Source: Desulfobulbaceae bacterium
Lineage (GTDB): Bacteria; Desulfobacterota; Desulfobulbia; Desulfobulbales; SURF-16
Assembly: GCA_020444175.1 (NCBI GenBank)
Contig: JAHLLM010000004.1
Span: 13,399-77,398 of the forward strand
Length of the DNA stretch: 64,000 nucleotides
Reading direction: 5' to 3'
Position 1 is the stretch's first letter. The number at the start of each line of letters is the position of its first letter. Made by a program: the position numbers and the translations under genes. Shown one piece after another: positions 32,668-42,658 of this stretch. Below the pieces are notes generated by a model that was given only the letters and a program-made list of their open reading frames with translations, was not told the origin of the DNA and did no database searches.

Positions 32668-34053
32668 TCAGGCAACGCCTGGTGTTCTTGGAAAGGCAAT
32701 GACATCACGGATGTTGGACATGCCGGTCACAAATTGCACGAGGCGTTCAAAGCCGAGGCCGAAACCGGCATGGGGCACGGTTCCGTAACGGCGCAGATCA
32801 AGATACCATTCATAATTTTCAAGTGGAATATTGGCTTTTTTCATTCGTTCCTGCAGAATATCATAACGTTCTTCCCTCTGGCTGCCGCCAACTATTTCGC
32901 CTATTCCCGGAAAGAGAATGTCCATGGCTGCAACGGTTTTTCCATCGTTGTTCAGGCGCATGTAAAAAGGCTTGATGGTTTTCGGGTAATCCGTGACGAT
33001 TACCGGGCGCTGGTAGAGTTCTTCGGCAAGATACCGTTCGTGCTCTGACTGCAGATCAATTCCCCATTTGACCGGATAGTCAAATTTCTGCCCGGATTGT
33101 GTCAACTTGTCTACAGCCTCGGTATATGAGATCCTGGCAAAATCGTTTTCAAGCACGCTGCTCAGTTTGGCTGCAAGATTTTTGTCTATGAAACGGTTAA
33201 AAAGATCAATGTCGTCCGGGCAGTTGTCCACGCAGTCTTTGACAACATATTTCAGCATTTCCTCGGCAAGGTCCATGTCTCCTTCCAGGTCGCAGAAGGC
33301 CATTTCCGGCTCGATCATCCAGAATTCGGCCAGGTGTCGGCTTGTGTGGGAGTTTTCTGCCCTGAAGGTGGGGCCAAAGGTGTAGACGTTTCCCAGGGCC
33401 AGTGCATAGGCTTCGGCCTCAAGCTGGCCGCTGACGGTGAGGCTGGCCGGGCGACCGAAGAAATCCTTGCTGAAGTCGACTTTATTTTTGTCAAAGGGGA
33501 TTTGGCCAAGATCCAAGGAGGTGACGGTGAACATATCTCCCGCCCCTTCGCAATCGCTGGTGGTGATAACAGGCGTGTGTATCTGGAAAAAACCTCGTTT
33601 TGCAAAAAAATGATGCAGGGCCCAGGAAAGCCTGCTGCGTATCCTGGCCACTGCTCCCAGACTGTTTGTGCGTCCCCGTATATGGGCGATGGAACGGAGA
33701 AATTCAAATGAATGTCTCTTTTTCTGAAGAGGGTAGGTCTCAGGATCGGCCCAGCCAAGGACACTGATTTTTTTGGCGTGGACTTCGACATCCTGCCCTT
33801 TGGCCGGGGAAGAAACCAGTCTGCCCTCTATGGCCACTGAGCATCCTGTGGTCAATTTGCTGATTTCAGAGGTGTAGTTGCGTAAGGTGCTTTCAGCAAT
33901 AACCTGGATGCCGTTCAGGCATGATCCATCGGTGATGTCCAGAAAGGTCAGCCCTTTAGATTCCCGGCGGGATTTCAGCCAGCCGTTTAGAGTGACATCC
34001 TGATCAATAGGCTTTGCAGTGAGGATTGTTTTGATTCGAGCTTGGTTTTGCAT
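32668..34053 (-). CDS. asnS: Asparagine--tRNA ligase
   Basis: 461 aa. Colinear with E. coli AsnS as I recall it: FGPTFRAENSHTSRHLAEFWMIEPEMAF, GGSQREER, GFGLGFERL, C-terminal FPRTPG. Confidence 0.93.
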   Translation of the reverse strand: MQNQARIKTILTAKPIDQDVTLNGWLKSRRESKGLTFLDITDGSCLNGIQVIAESTLRNYTSEISKLTTGCSVAIEGRLVSSPAKGQDVEVHAKKISVLGWADPETYPLQKKRHSFEFLRSIAHIRGRTNSLGAVARIRSRLSWALHHFFAKRGFFQIHTPVITTSDCEGAGDMFTVTSLDLGQIPFDKNKVDFSKDFFGRPASLTVSGQLEAEAYALALGNVYTFGPTFRAENSHTSRHLAEFWMIEPEMAFCDLEGDMDLAEEMLKYVVKDCVDNCPDDIDLFNRFIDKNLAAKLSSVLENDFARISYTEAVDKLTQSGQKFDYPVKWGIDLQSEHERYLAEELYQRPVIVTDYPKTIKPFYMRLNNDGKTVAAMDILFPGIGEIVGGSQREERYDILQERMKKANIPLENYEWYLDLRRYGTVPHAGFGLGFERLVQFVTGMSNIRDVIAFPRTPGVA

Positions 34054-34205
34054 TGGAAAAATTCTTTGTCTCGGGGTGTTTTAAAGGGTAATTTGTTCTT
34101 TGGGGACATATTTTACCCGTTTTTTCGCGAATGTCGTGTAAAAAAAAGCAAGAGGGAGACATTACTTCGACCCTTTACTTTCTAAATTTATTCCGGAGAA
34201 AGAGA

Positions 34206-34763
34206 ATGGCCAAAATAAAAAGATTAACTCCTGACACTACAGGATTGCTTGTTGTGGATATCCAGGAAAGGATGATGCGTGTTATCCCGGGAAAAAATGA
34301 AGTGGTGAAAAACAGTGTACTGCTGCTCAAAGCCGCCTCTATTCTGCGGATGCCCATTGTGGCAACCACACAGTATGCCGCCCGCATTGGCCAATTGCTG
34401 CCTGAGGTTGCAACTGAAATGGAGGGAGTTGATCCCCTTGATAAGCTGGAATTCGGATGTTTTGATAATGATGCGGTTTTAAAGGAAATTCAGAGCCATG
34501 CTGCCGTTGATACCTGGATAGCCTGCGGTGTGGAGACGCATATCTGTATGTATCAGACAGTCCTTGGGGGAATCAGGGAAGGGTATTCGATGTGGATTCC
34601 CGCTGACGCGGTTAACTCCAGGACAGAAAAAAATTATCAGACCGGTCTTGCCCGGATAAGGCAGATCGGCGGTGCTGTCGGCAATACGGAAATGGCAATT
34701 TACGAGCTTCTTCACAAGGCGGGGACGCCGGAATTTAAGGCAATTCTGCCCTTTGTCAAGTAA
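34206..34763 (+). CDS. Isochorismatase-family (cysteine) hydrolase
   Basis: I prefer ATG 34206 (MAKIKRL, with GGAGAAAGAG upstream) over track start 34131. LLVVDIQ and GVETHIC catalytic-triad context. Confidence 0.75.
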   Translation: MAKIKRLTPDTTGLLVVDIQERMMRVIPGKNEVVKNSVLLLKAASILRMPIVATTQYAARIGQLLPEVATEMEGVDPLDKLEFGCFDNDAVLKEIQSHAAVDTWIACGVETHICMYQTVLGGIREGYSMWIPADAVNSRTEKNYQTGLARIRQIGGAVGNTEMAIYELLHKAGTPEFKAILPFVK

Positions 34764-34883
34764 AGAAACAATCGAAGCAAGGAGTGAAAAGGGAGCTGTG
34801 GGTGGTTGAAAATATTGAAAAAACATTTGAGAATAGTAAATGATTTCCGATAGGTATCAGTAACAGACCGTGGTAAGACGATA

Positions 34884-35846
34884 ATGTCGGAAACAGATAA
34901 CAAAAAAACGGAAATAAGGCAAATGTCTGAAATTACACTCACTCTTCCTTCTGTAGAAAAAACTGATCCTGTCCTTGGCTTAAGTATTCCCGCCGCCTGG
35001 CCTGAAGAGAGCGGGGATGAGTTTGCCGACAGGAAAAGGGAACGCGCTTCTGAGGAAATAAGGAGCCAGACTTCATTTTGCCAGGACTTAAATCCTGACG
35101 GCCTGCAGTTGGTGTATAATGAACGAGCCTTTGACCGTCTGCGCATGCCACGCTCTCCTCATTGGGCCATAGTCTGGTCTGATTTGATGATGACCATGTT
35201 TATCTTTTTTGCCGTACTTTACATTTACCAATCTTCATCACAGGAAATCACCTTCGGTGAAGGAAGTGGTTTTGATATTGGCTCGAACGTGGGAACAGGC
35301 GTCATGGGTATCAAAGGTGGCGGGACCATCGGGCCGGCCGGAGAACCTGTTGAGGAAAGGCTGGAAAAAATTTATGAAGGAAGTCGCCTGGCCCTTGATG
35401 CGGCAGAGCTTCACGAGTTTGCCCAGATTGACCTTGCTCCGGACAAGACGGTGCGAATTGTGCTGACCGGTGATCTCCTTTTTGACAGTGGCCAAGCGGA
35501 TATAAAAGGGACAGCTCTGGATGGCCTGAAGAAAATCATCCCCTATGTGGCGCAAAGTCCTTATATGATCAATGTTGTCGGTCATACGGACGACGTACCG
35601 ATTCAGACCGGGCGGTTCCCTTCAAACTGGGAGCTTTCGCTCATCAGGGCAAGCAAGGTCGCCCGTTTCCTGATGCAGGAAACCCGCCTTGATGAAGACA
35701 GGTTTTATGTGACCGGACACGCCTCTTTTGAACCGGTGGCCCCCAATGATACTCCGGCAAACCGGGCTGCGAATCGCAGGGTGGAAATCATCCTCACAAA
35801 GGACAAACCAACCGCCTCCAGAACCGGAGCAGGTGATGAAGAATAA
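34884..35846 (+). CDS. motB: MotB-like stator subunit (OmpA/MotB peptidoglycan-binding domain) with about 95-aa N-terminal extension
   Basis: 320 aa. MotB-type TM with the conserved Asp (WAIVWSDLMMTMFIFFAVLY). C-terminal OmpA-like VGHTDDVP...NWELSLIRA...NRRVEI. Confidence 0.7.
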   Translation: MSETDNKKTEIRQMSEITLTLPSVEKTDPVLGLSIPAAWPEESGDEFADRKRERASEEIRSQTSFCQDLNPDGLQLVYNERAFDRLRMPRSPHWAIVWSDLMMTMFIFFAVLYIYQSSSQEITFGEGSGFDIGSNVGTGVMGIKGGGTIGPAGEPVEERLEKIYEGSRLALDAAELHEFAQIDLAPDKTVRIVLTGDLLFDSGQADIKGTALDGLKKIIPYVAQSPYMINVVGHTDDVPIQTGRFPSNWELSLIRASKVARFLMQETRLDEDRFYVTGHASFEPVAPNDTPANRAANRRVEIILTKDKPTASRTGAGDEE

Positions 35847-36645
35847 AAATATCCTTGGCCTTCTTTGCTGTGTCATCATCTTTCTGGCAGGTTTTTTCTT
35901 TCATGGAAATATTGCCCTCTATTTTAACCTGTCCGGGGCTCTCGTTGTCCTGGGCGGGACATTTGGCGCCACCCTGGTTACCTACCGTCTTGAACGTTTG
36001 AAGATTGTTTATAAGGTTCTCCTTTCCTCGTATAAAACAAAAACAAAGACACCCGAGGATATTGTTGAAATACTGGTGGATTTATCCGTCAAATCAAAGT
36101 TTCAGGGAATTCTTTCCCTCCAGGAAGATGAGGAGGAGACAAGCCTGCTTTTCCTGAGACGGGCATTGGGGCTGCTGGTGGACGGCTACCAGGGCAGCGT
36201 GATCAGAGATATCCTCAACACGGAGATGTATTTTTTCAAATTACGCCGTGAGGATTGCGAACGCGTCATCCGGACCATGGGCGAGCTTTTTCCTTCTTTC
36301 GGGCTGGTGGGCAGCGTGGTCGGACTGATAAGTATGCTGGCCGGAGTCGGTGACAGCAAGGTTATTCTGGCCACAGTACCAATTGCCCTCACATCCACTC
36401 TTTACGGCGTTATCCTTGCCAATTTCTTTTGCGTCCCCTTTGCGGGAAATCTCCGGGAAAGAACCGACCGGGAGTTGCTGCTTCAGAAAATTATCCTCGA
36501 AGGTGTCATTGCCATTGAAAGTGAAATGGACCCTCGCAGTCTGGAGCGGAAGCTGCAGTCATTCATCACACCATCATCCCGTAATGTTCAGCTTGTTTCT
36601 CTGAAAAGAATTCAAGAGCGTTTCAACATCAAGACAGGATCGTAA
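35836..36645 (+). CDS. motA: MotA/PomA-like proton-channel stator subunit (MotA/TolQ/ExbB family)
   Basis: I prefer ATG 35836 (MKNKNILGLL..., 269 aa) over track start 35728. It overlaps the motB-like stop by 11 nt. C-terminal TM pair FPSFGLVGSVVGLI ... ALTSTLYGVILANFFCVPFA. Confidence 0.7.
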   Translation: MKNKNILGLLCCVIIFLAGFFFHGNIALYFNLSGALVVLGGTFGATLVTYRLERLKIVYKVLLSSYKTKTKTPEDIVEILVDLSVKSKFQGILSLQEDEEETSLLFLRRALGLLVDGYQGSVIRDILNTEMYFFKLRREDCERVIRTMGELFPSFGLVGSVVGLISMLAGVGDSKVILATVPIALTSTLYGVILANFFCVPFAGNLRERTDRELLLQKIILEGVIAIESEMDPRSLERKLQSFITPSSRNVQLVSLKRIQERFNIKTGS

Positions 36646-37011
36646 GTCAATCTCCTGCTTTAGGGCTATTTCGCCAAAAGAGAAGAATTTCTCTCTTTGA
36701 TTTGGGAAGTTTGATTAATCTCGAAAAAACAACATGTTACGTGTTCTGTTTTTGCCCGGGCGCGTAGAGGGGTTGGTCTGGGCATTCTTTTCTGGAAGAA
36801 GTTTATGGGTAATTAGTTGATTTTTTAAATGAAATTTGCGTAACATGAATTAATTGATAAAATCGTAAAAAAAAATTATGAAACTGACCAGCCGCCACCG
36901 CAATAGCAAGATCTTCCAGGCGTGTCGGTGGCAGGTGGGCGTTTTTACCCTCAAGGCGCATAATGTGAGATCATCAATTTGTTGCCAAAAAAAATATCAT
37001 AGGAATGGAAC

Positions 37012-37389
37012 GTGGAGCAGATTGAAGAGGCTGCTGAGCGGCGGAAACATGACAGGCTGGAAAAGGAATTTGTTGTACGCTATTCCAAAGTTGATGATCT
37101 AGCCCGAACGGAATTTAATGAGCAGGGGCTGATTCTCGATTTTGGTGCCGGAGGACTTCGTTTCCTTTCCGGGAAAAAATGGGAAAAACATGAGCAGCTT
37201 GTCATGAAGCTTGATTTTGAGGGCTGGAGAATTAATGGCTCCACCTGTGCCCTGGCGGAAAACAATGAGGAGTGCGGTTCCATGACAGTTATTGCTTCCG
37301 TAATGTGGGCGGCAGAGTCCATTTATGAGGATCAGTATGAAGTGGGGGTGACGTTTACCGCCAGATTACAAACCGATAGACAGGAATAA
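37012..37389 (+). CDS. PilZ domain protein (c-di-GMP receptor-like)
   Basis: 125 aa. ERRKHDRL (RxxxR) and LDFGAGGLRF (D/NxSxxG-like). GTG start with AGGAA upstream. Confidence 0.65.
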   Translation: MEQIEEAAERRKHDRLEKEFVVRYSKVDDLARTEFNEQGLILDFGAGGLRFLSGKKWEKHEQLVMKLDFEGWRINGSTCALAENNEECGSMTVIASVMWAAESIYEDQYEVGVTFTARLQTDRQE

Positions 37390-37398
37390 AAAATAGAT

Positions 37399-38979
37399 AT
37401 GTCTACCAGTAAACCGGATATTTTTCTTGAGATTGGTGCCGGCTTCTTCAGGATTCCTACTTCTGAAGCCGTTTATAACATTACGGTTTTGGGCTCGCAG
37501 GAGAGTTCCGTCACCAGGGTGGTTGAAAAGATTGTTGAAACAGAGAAGGAAAGGGAAGATTCTTTTGCTGAAAATGCCATGGCTGCTGTTTCAGAAGGCC
37601 TTTCCGCCGCCGGCGATGGTGAATTTTATAAGAGTGTGTCAAGTGAAATTTATCATGATATAGGAAACCTGGCTAAAAGTCTCAGTGTTACCATCATGGA
37701 TATCCCTGCCGAGGATCGCCTTGGAAAAAGAGTAGAACTCGATGAAGCCGGGGACAAGATTGAGGACGCCAAAAATCAGTTAAAAGATATTGTTGAAATG
37801 ACTGAAAAGGCGGCCATGCGGATAATGGATAATGTGGAAAATGTCCAGGGGGGCTCCAACGATGTTCGCGAACTGCTTAATTCTTTGAAAAACCACCCCG
37901 CTTTTAACATAGCCGAGCCTGACGATTCAAATGATGAAGAAGACGCACCGCTTCTTTTTGTTGAGGAGACCGAAAGCATTCAGGGACAGGTGGGGCAGGC
38001 CCTTGAGCTGCTTGCTGCCATGCAGGAAGGGAAGAGTGCAGAAGCTGAAACCGTCCCAGAAGAAGAGGCTGCTCCTGAGGTGAAAAAGGAAAAAAAGACG
38101 CGCTACCTTTTTGATCTTGATGTTGTATTCCAGACTCTCTATGAGCTGTGTACCAATGAAACGGTTAAAGAGCACATTACTTCAGCGCGGGAGAAAAGGG
38201 ACGAGATTTTTGTACTGGATAAATTTTACAATGCCATTGCCCCCTTGGCTGCCGGATATGAGGCAGACAGTGATAATTTTTTCACCGTACCCATGTCGGA
38301 TGTCTTTGTCTCGCTCCAGAAGAGTTGCAAGGACAAGGGGATAAGCAATCTGCTGAAAAAGATGGATGCCGGACAAGGTTCGATTTTTTTGGATCAGACT
38401 ATTCCTCTTGAAGTCCCCCCCACTGAGGAGATAGAGGTTGAAGTTGAACTGCCGGTCGCCAAAAAGAAGACCCCATCTCCGGCCCCGCCTCCATCTGCTG
38501 AACCGGATCCGCGTATAGAGCAGGTCAAAGAATTACTGCATCAGGTCAATGACGAGATGGGAACGCTTCCTGAAAAAGCCAAAGGCTACCAGCCTGTGAA
38601 GTCCAGTGTCATGACCATTGATGATCAGCAGGAGATTTTTGCAAAAATTGAAGATGCCTTTGGTCTTGCATCAACAATCAGTGAAGACGTGACGCGGATC
38701 ACCGAGGCCCTCAGTTTTCAGGATCTGTCAGGTCAACAGATTATGAAAATTATTAAGCTGCTCAGCGATTTTCAGATACAGCTTCTCGCCCTGGTCGTTT
38801 CTTTTGGTTCTCAATTAAAACATAAGGAAAAGAACAAGGATATTTCGGTGGAAGAGAGTAAAAAACTGGCCCAGGAGGATGTGGATGGCTATATCTCAAA
38901 ACTTTCCGGAGGTGGAGATGAAAGCGGTATGCTCGACCAGGATACTGTGAACAAGATGCTGGAGGATATGGGCTTTTAG
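37399..38979 (+). CDS. cheZ: CheZ-like CheY-P phosphatase with a long acidic insertion
   Basis: 526 aa. [27 protein letters not shown] aligns with E. coli [41 protein letters not shown] aligns with DFQDLTGQVIKRM (catalytic Gln). The C-terminus [14 protein letters not shown] aligns with QDQVDDLLDSLGF (CheY-binding peptide). Confidence 0.75.
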   Translation: [526 protein letters not shown]

Positions 38980-39005
38980 ACTTTGGAAGATGTTGTACTT
39001 GTTTA

Positions 39006-39043
39006 AAAGAAAAGCCGTTCCTGCCGGAACGGCTTTTCTTTTA
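39006..39043 (+). terminator. Rho-independent terminator after the CheZ-like gene
   Basis: GAAAAGCCGTTCC-TGCC-GGAACGGCTTTTC: a perfect 13-bp stem followed by TTTTAT. Confidence 0.85.
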
Positions 39044-39065
39044 TGTGTCGATAATTGATGAGCCT

Positions 39066-39206
39066 GTGCCTGTCCATAAATGGCCCTTTTGACCGATATC
39101 TGCGTCATGCTTAAAAAATTATCCTCGGAATATCGTATATATGCCTCCGGTAATTTTTTGCGCAATCCTTGATCTCGAACAAAATGACCTATTTCTGGAC
39201 AGACAC
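39066..39206. repeat. Intergenic repeat family 2, long copy
   Basis: GTGCCTGTCCATAAATGGCCCTTTTGACCGATATCTG (39066-39102) and CTGGACAGACAC (39195-39206). Together they match the compact copy at 62612-62657, with 92 bp inserted between them here. Confidence 0.7.
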
Positions 39207-39365
39207 GAGCTTACGTTTATGCCCGGAAGGGGAAAACGTGAATGGGGATTAATGCGGGATCGGCAATTTTTTTCTGTTTTTGGCCCGCGATTCTATGCTA
39301 AAATCTGAATAGGCCCAACATGGAAATGGAGGTATGTTATCGCTTTCCCTTTCGCATATATAAAA

Positions 39366-40715
39366 ATGATTCCAGAGCGATTTTTTTTAATTTTTCTCCT
39401 CGTGTGTCTGTTTGCTTCTTCGTTTAGCGGCACGTCAATTTCTCAACCACGCCAGCCTGATACCGCTCTGCTTCTGACTCTAAAAGGGACAGTCGGTCCG
39501 GCTGTCAGCGATTATATTTCCCGTGGCTTGCAGTATGCCGCAGACAAAAAAGCAGGTCTGGTCATTTTGGAGATGGACACCCCCGGCGGACTGGATTATG
39601 CCATGAGGGATATTATCAAGAATATCCTCGCCTCTCCGGTGCCGGTTGCTGCATATGTGTCGCCTGCAGGATCAAGGGCGGCAAGTGCAGGAACCTATAT
39701 CCTGTATGCAAGCCACGTTGCCGTTATGGCCCCGGCCACAAATCTTGGAGCTGCGACGCCGGTTCAGATCGGAGGTTTGCCCGGCCTGCCGGATAAAAAC
39801 GATGGGCAAAAGAAAAATGAAGATTCTTTGACAACCATGGAGCGTAAGATCATTAATGACGCTGAAGCCTATATACGTTCACTCGCAGCAATGCACGGAC
39901 GCAATGCCGACTGGGCGGCAAAGGCGGTTCGGGAGTCTGTCAGCCTCACTGCGGAAGACGCTCTCAAAATCAAGGTCATTGATCTGCTGGCGGAAGATCT
40001 CCATGATCTGCTGCTCCAGGCCGATGGCCGGGAGGTGTTGCTGGGGCATGAAAAAATTGTCCTTACCACTCAAAATATGGCTGTTGAAAAATATGAACCG
40101 GATTGGCGCAGCAGACTGCTGACAGTAATCAGTGACCCCAATGTTGCCTATCTTCTCATGCTTTTAGGCATGTATGGACTTATATTTGAGCTTGCCAATC
40201 CCGGTTACGTTTTGCCGGGGGTTGCAGGAGCCATCTGTTTGCTGCTCGCCCTCTATACCTTTCAGGTTTTGCCCATAAATTATGCCGGACTGGCTTTAAT
40301 CGCCCTCGGCATTTTCTTTATGATTGCCGAGGCCTTTGTGCCGAGTTTCGGAGCCCTTGGCATTGGCGGCCTCATCGCTTTTGTCATTGGGTCAATCATC
40401 CTGATGGATGAAAAGAGTTTACAGATCTCCCTGCCCTTAATCAGCGGGACAGCCGTTTCATCGGCTCTTTTTTTTCTCTGGCTCATTGGAAGGTTGCTTG
40501 CAGTCAGCAGTGCAAAGGTCCAGACCGGTGCAGAGGGGCTTATCGGCAGTATAGGTGAAGCCATGAATGATTTTGAAGGTGAAGGCCGGATATGGGTTCA
40601 TGGCGAGTCCTGGAAAGGTATATGTCCTGCATCTGTTAAAAAGGGTCAGAAGGTCAGAGTGGTATCAAAAAATGGACTGCAACTCAATGTAGAAATCTTA
40701 GAGGAGGAGCACTGA
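39366..40715 (+). CDS. NfeD-family membrane-bound ClpP-class serine protease
   Basis: 449 aa. Signal peptide, ClpP-like domain ([20 protein letters not shown]), TM block, and C-terminal NfeD OB domain ([12 protein letters not shown]). Confidence 0.8.
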   Translation: MIPERFFLIFLLVCLFASSFSGTSISQPRQPDTALLLTLKGTVGPAVSDYISRGLQYAADKKAGLVILEMDTPGGLDYAMRDIIKNILASPVPVAAYVSPAGSRAASAGTYILYASHVAVMAPATNLGAATPVQIGGLPGLPDKNDGQKKNEDSLTTMERKIINDAEAYIRSLAAMHGRNADWAAKAVRESVSLTAEDALKIKVIDLLAEDLHDLLLQADGREVLLGHEKIVLTTQNMAVEKYEPDWRSRLLTVISDPNVAYLLMLLGMYGLIFELANPGYVLPGVAGAICLLLALYTFQVLPINYAGLALIALGIFFMIAEAFVPSFGALGIGGLIAFVIGSIILMDEKSLQISLPLISGTAVSSALFFLWLIGRLLAVSSAKVQTGAEGLIGSIGEAMNDFEGEGRIWVHGESWKGICPASVKKGQKVRVVSKNGLQLNVEILEEEH

Positions 40716-40716
40716 T

Positions 40717-41475
40717 ATGATATTGGCACCTATTTTAGTCCCTGTTGCCCTGGTTCTCGGTTTGTTCCTGTTATCAATAAAGATTGTTGTCGAATATGAG
40801 CGGCTGGTTGTTTTTTTTCTGGGGCGCTTCCAGGCTGTCAAGATGCCCGGCTTGCGTATCATTATTCCCGGTATCCAACAGGCTGTTCGTGTTGATCTGC
40901 GGGTCATTACCATGGATGTTCCCAGTCAGGATGTTATTTCAAAAGACAATGTGACGGTGAAGGTCAATGCGGTCCTCTACTTTCGGGTGGTTGATCCGGA
41001 AAAAGCCATCATCCAGGTGGAGGATTATTACAATGCAACCAGCCAGCTGGCCCAGACGACTCTGCGTTCCGTGCTTGGACAGCACGATCTGGATGAGATG
41101 CTTTCCGAAAGGGAGAGAATGAATGCCGATTTGCAGGAAATAATAGACAAACAGTCCGATGCCTGGGGAATCAAGGTCACTAATGTTGAAATAAAACATG
41201 TGGATTTAAATGAAACCATGGTGCGTGCCATTGCCAGGCAGGCTGAGGCCGAACGTGAAAGGCGCGCAAAGGTGATCCATGCCGAAGGTGAATTGCAGGC
41301 CTCTGAGAAACTCCTTGCCGCCGCAAATGTTATTGCTGCCAATCCACAGGCCCTGCAGCTCAGATACCTGCAGACCTTAAACGATATATCCAGCGAGAAT
41401 GCCACAACCATAGTGTTTCCCATTCCCATTGATATTTTAAAATCTTTGCAGGAAAAACAGGTTGATGCAGAGTAA
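40717..41475 (+). CDS. SPFH/Band-7 (stomatin-like, slipin) protein
   Basis: 252 aa with an N-terminal [14 protein letters not shown] and the [17 protein letters not shown] coiled region. Classic NfeD-stomatin pair with a 1-nt gap. Confidence 0.85.
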   Translation: MILAPILVPVALVLGLFLLSIKIVVEYERLVVFFLGRFQAVKMPGLRIIIPGIQQAVRVDLRVITMDVPSQDVISKDNVTVKVNAVLYFRVVDPEKAIIQVEDYYNATSQLAQTTLRSVLGQHDLDEMLSERERMNADLQEIIDKQSDAWGIKVTNVEIKHVDLNETMVRAIARQAEAERERRAKVIHAEGELQASEKLLAAANVIAANPQALQLRYLQTLNDISSENATTIVFPIPIDILKSLQEKQVDAE

Positions 41476-41677
41476 GGATAGTGCTGAAGAGTTCCAGCTG
41501 ATCACAGGGTGAATTGCCGAAGTGTATTGAGCTCCCTGGCTGCAAGCGCTTATGAAGAGTTTCGTTTTTCTATTTGCCGGTCCTGTCAAAATTCAGTATT
41601 ATGGAGGACTTTGTGGCAGCAAGGTGTCTGCATAAAAAAAAAGGATCAACCAATTAAGATTGACCCTTTGAAATTGC

Positions 41678-41753
41678 TGGAGGCGGCGATCGGATTTGAA
41701 CCGATGAATAATGGTTTTGCAGACCACTGCCTTAGCCACTTGGCTACGCCGCC
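41678..41753 (-). tRNA. tRNA-Cys (GCA)
   Basis: Minus strand reads GGCGGCGTAGCCAAGTGGCTAAGGCAGTGGTCTGCAAAACCATTATTCATCGGTTCAAATCCGATCGCCGCCTCCA. It folds by hand: 7-bp acceptor, anticodon loop CTGCAAA, T-arm ATCGG/TTCAAAT/CCGAT, discriminator U73, encoded CCA. Confidence 0.92.
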
Positions 41754-41839
41754 AATCACCTCATGTTGCTGAGCGACAGATAATAAACAGAGAACACTCT
41801 TTTGACAAGAGAAATGTGAATTTTTGCCTGAAAAATATC

Positions 41840-42571
41840 ATGACTACCCTTGAATCACTGGTTATAAGAAATAAAGAGCAACTTGGCCTTTTTGAAAAAA
41901 AATTGGGTTATACCTTTAATAATCAAGCACTGCTGCAAAAAGCTTTTATTCACAGCTCCTATGCCTTTGAGCAGGGAAAGGATCTGCAAAGCGACAACGA
42001 AACCCTGGAGTTTCTTGGAGATGCGGTTCTCGATCTGACAGTAGGATATGCCCTGATCATGCGTTTTCCCGGCATGAATGAGGGAGAATTAACCCGTCTG
42101 CGGGCAGCTCTTGTCCAGGAGAGTCATCTGGCAGTAATGGCTAAAGCAGTTGATGTTGGCGACTATCTTCTGCTTGGCAAAGGGGAAGATGCCTCAAAGG
42201 GAAGAGAAAAATCATCTATTCTCTCCTGCGCTTTCGAGGCTGTAATGGGCGCCGTCTTTCTGGATGGGGGGTATGAGACTGCCAGGAAAGTTGTCGATGA
42301 CTTGGTTGTCCCCTATATTGACGACCGGAAAGAGGCCATGTATCTGGCGGATTCAAAAAGTCTTCTGCAGGAAATGATCCAGGAAAAATATAATGAAGGC
42401 CCGGTCTATGCTCTGGAAAAGGAAGAAGGGCCTGATCATGCCAAGGTGTTTCATGTTTCTGTCCGCTTTCAGGACAGGATTCTGTCCACAGGGTCGGCAA
42501 AAAGTAAAAAGGAAGCCGAGCAGCAGGCCGCTGCCGAGGCTGTCAAGAGTTTCGATGATTTAGGATTGTGA
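41840..42571 (+). CDS. rnc: Ribonuclease III
   Basis: I prefer ATG 41840 (MTTLESL...). Track start 41711 would overlap the tRNA. RNase III signature NETLEFLGDAVL and a C-terminal dsRBD (KSKKEAEQQAAAEA). Confidence 0.9.
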   Translation: MTTLESLVIRNKEQLGLFEKKLGYTFNNQALLQKAFIHSSYAFEQGKDLQSDNETLEFLGDAVLDLTVGYALIMRFPGMNEGELTRLRAALVQESHLAVMAKAVDVGDYLLLGKGEDASKGREKSSILSCAFEAVMGAVFLDGGYETARKVVDDLVVPYIDDRKEAMYLADSKSLLQEMIQEKYNEGPVYALEKEEGPDHAKVFHVSVRFQDRILSTGSAKSKKEAEQQAAAEAVKSFDDLGL

Positions 42572-42658
42572 CCCTGTTGCCTTTTTGCTTCTTTTCTCTC
42601 TTTCTAAATCTTTGGCGAGTTCGCTCCCTTTTTTGCCCACACCATATTTGAAACTTTC

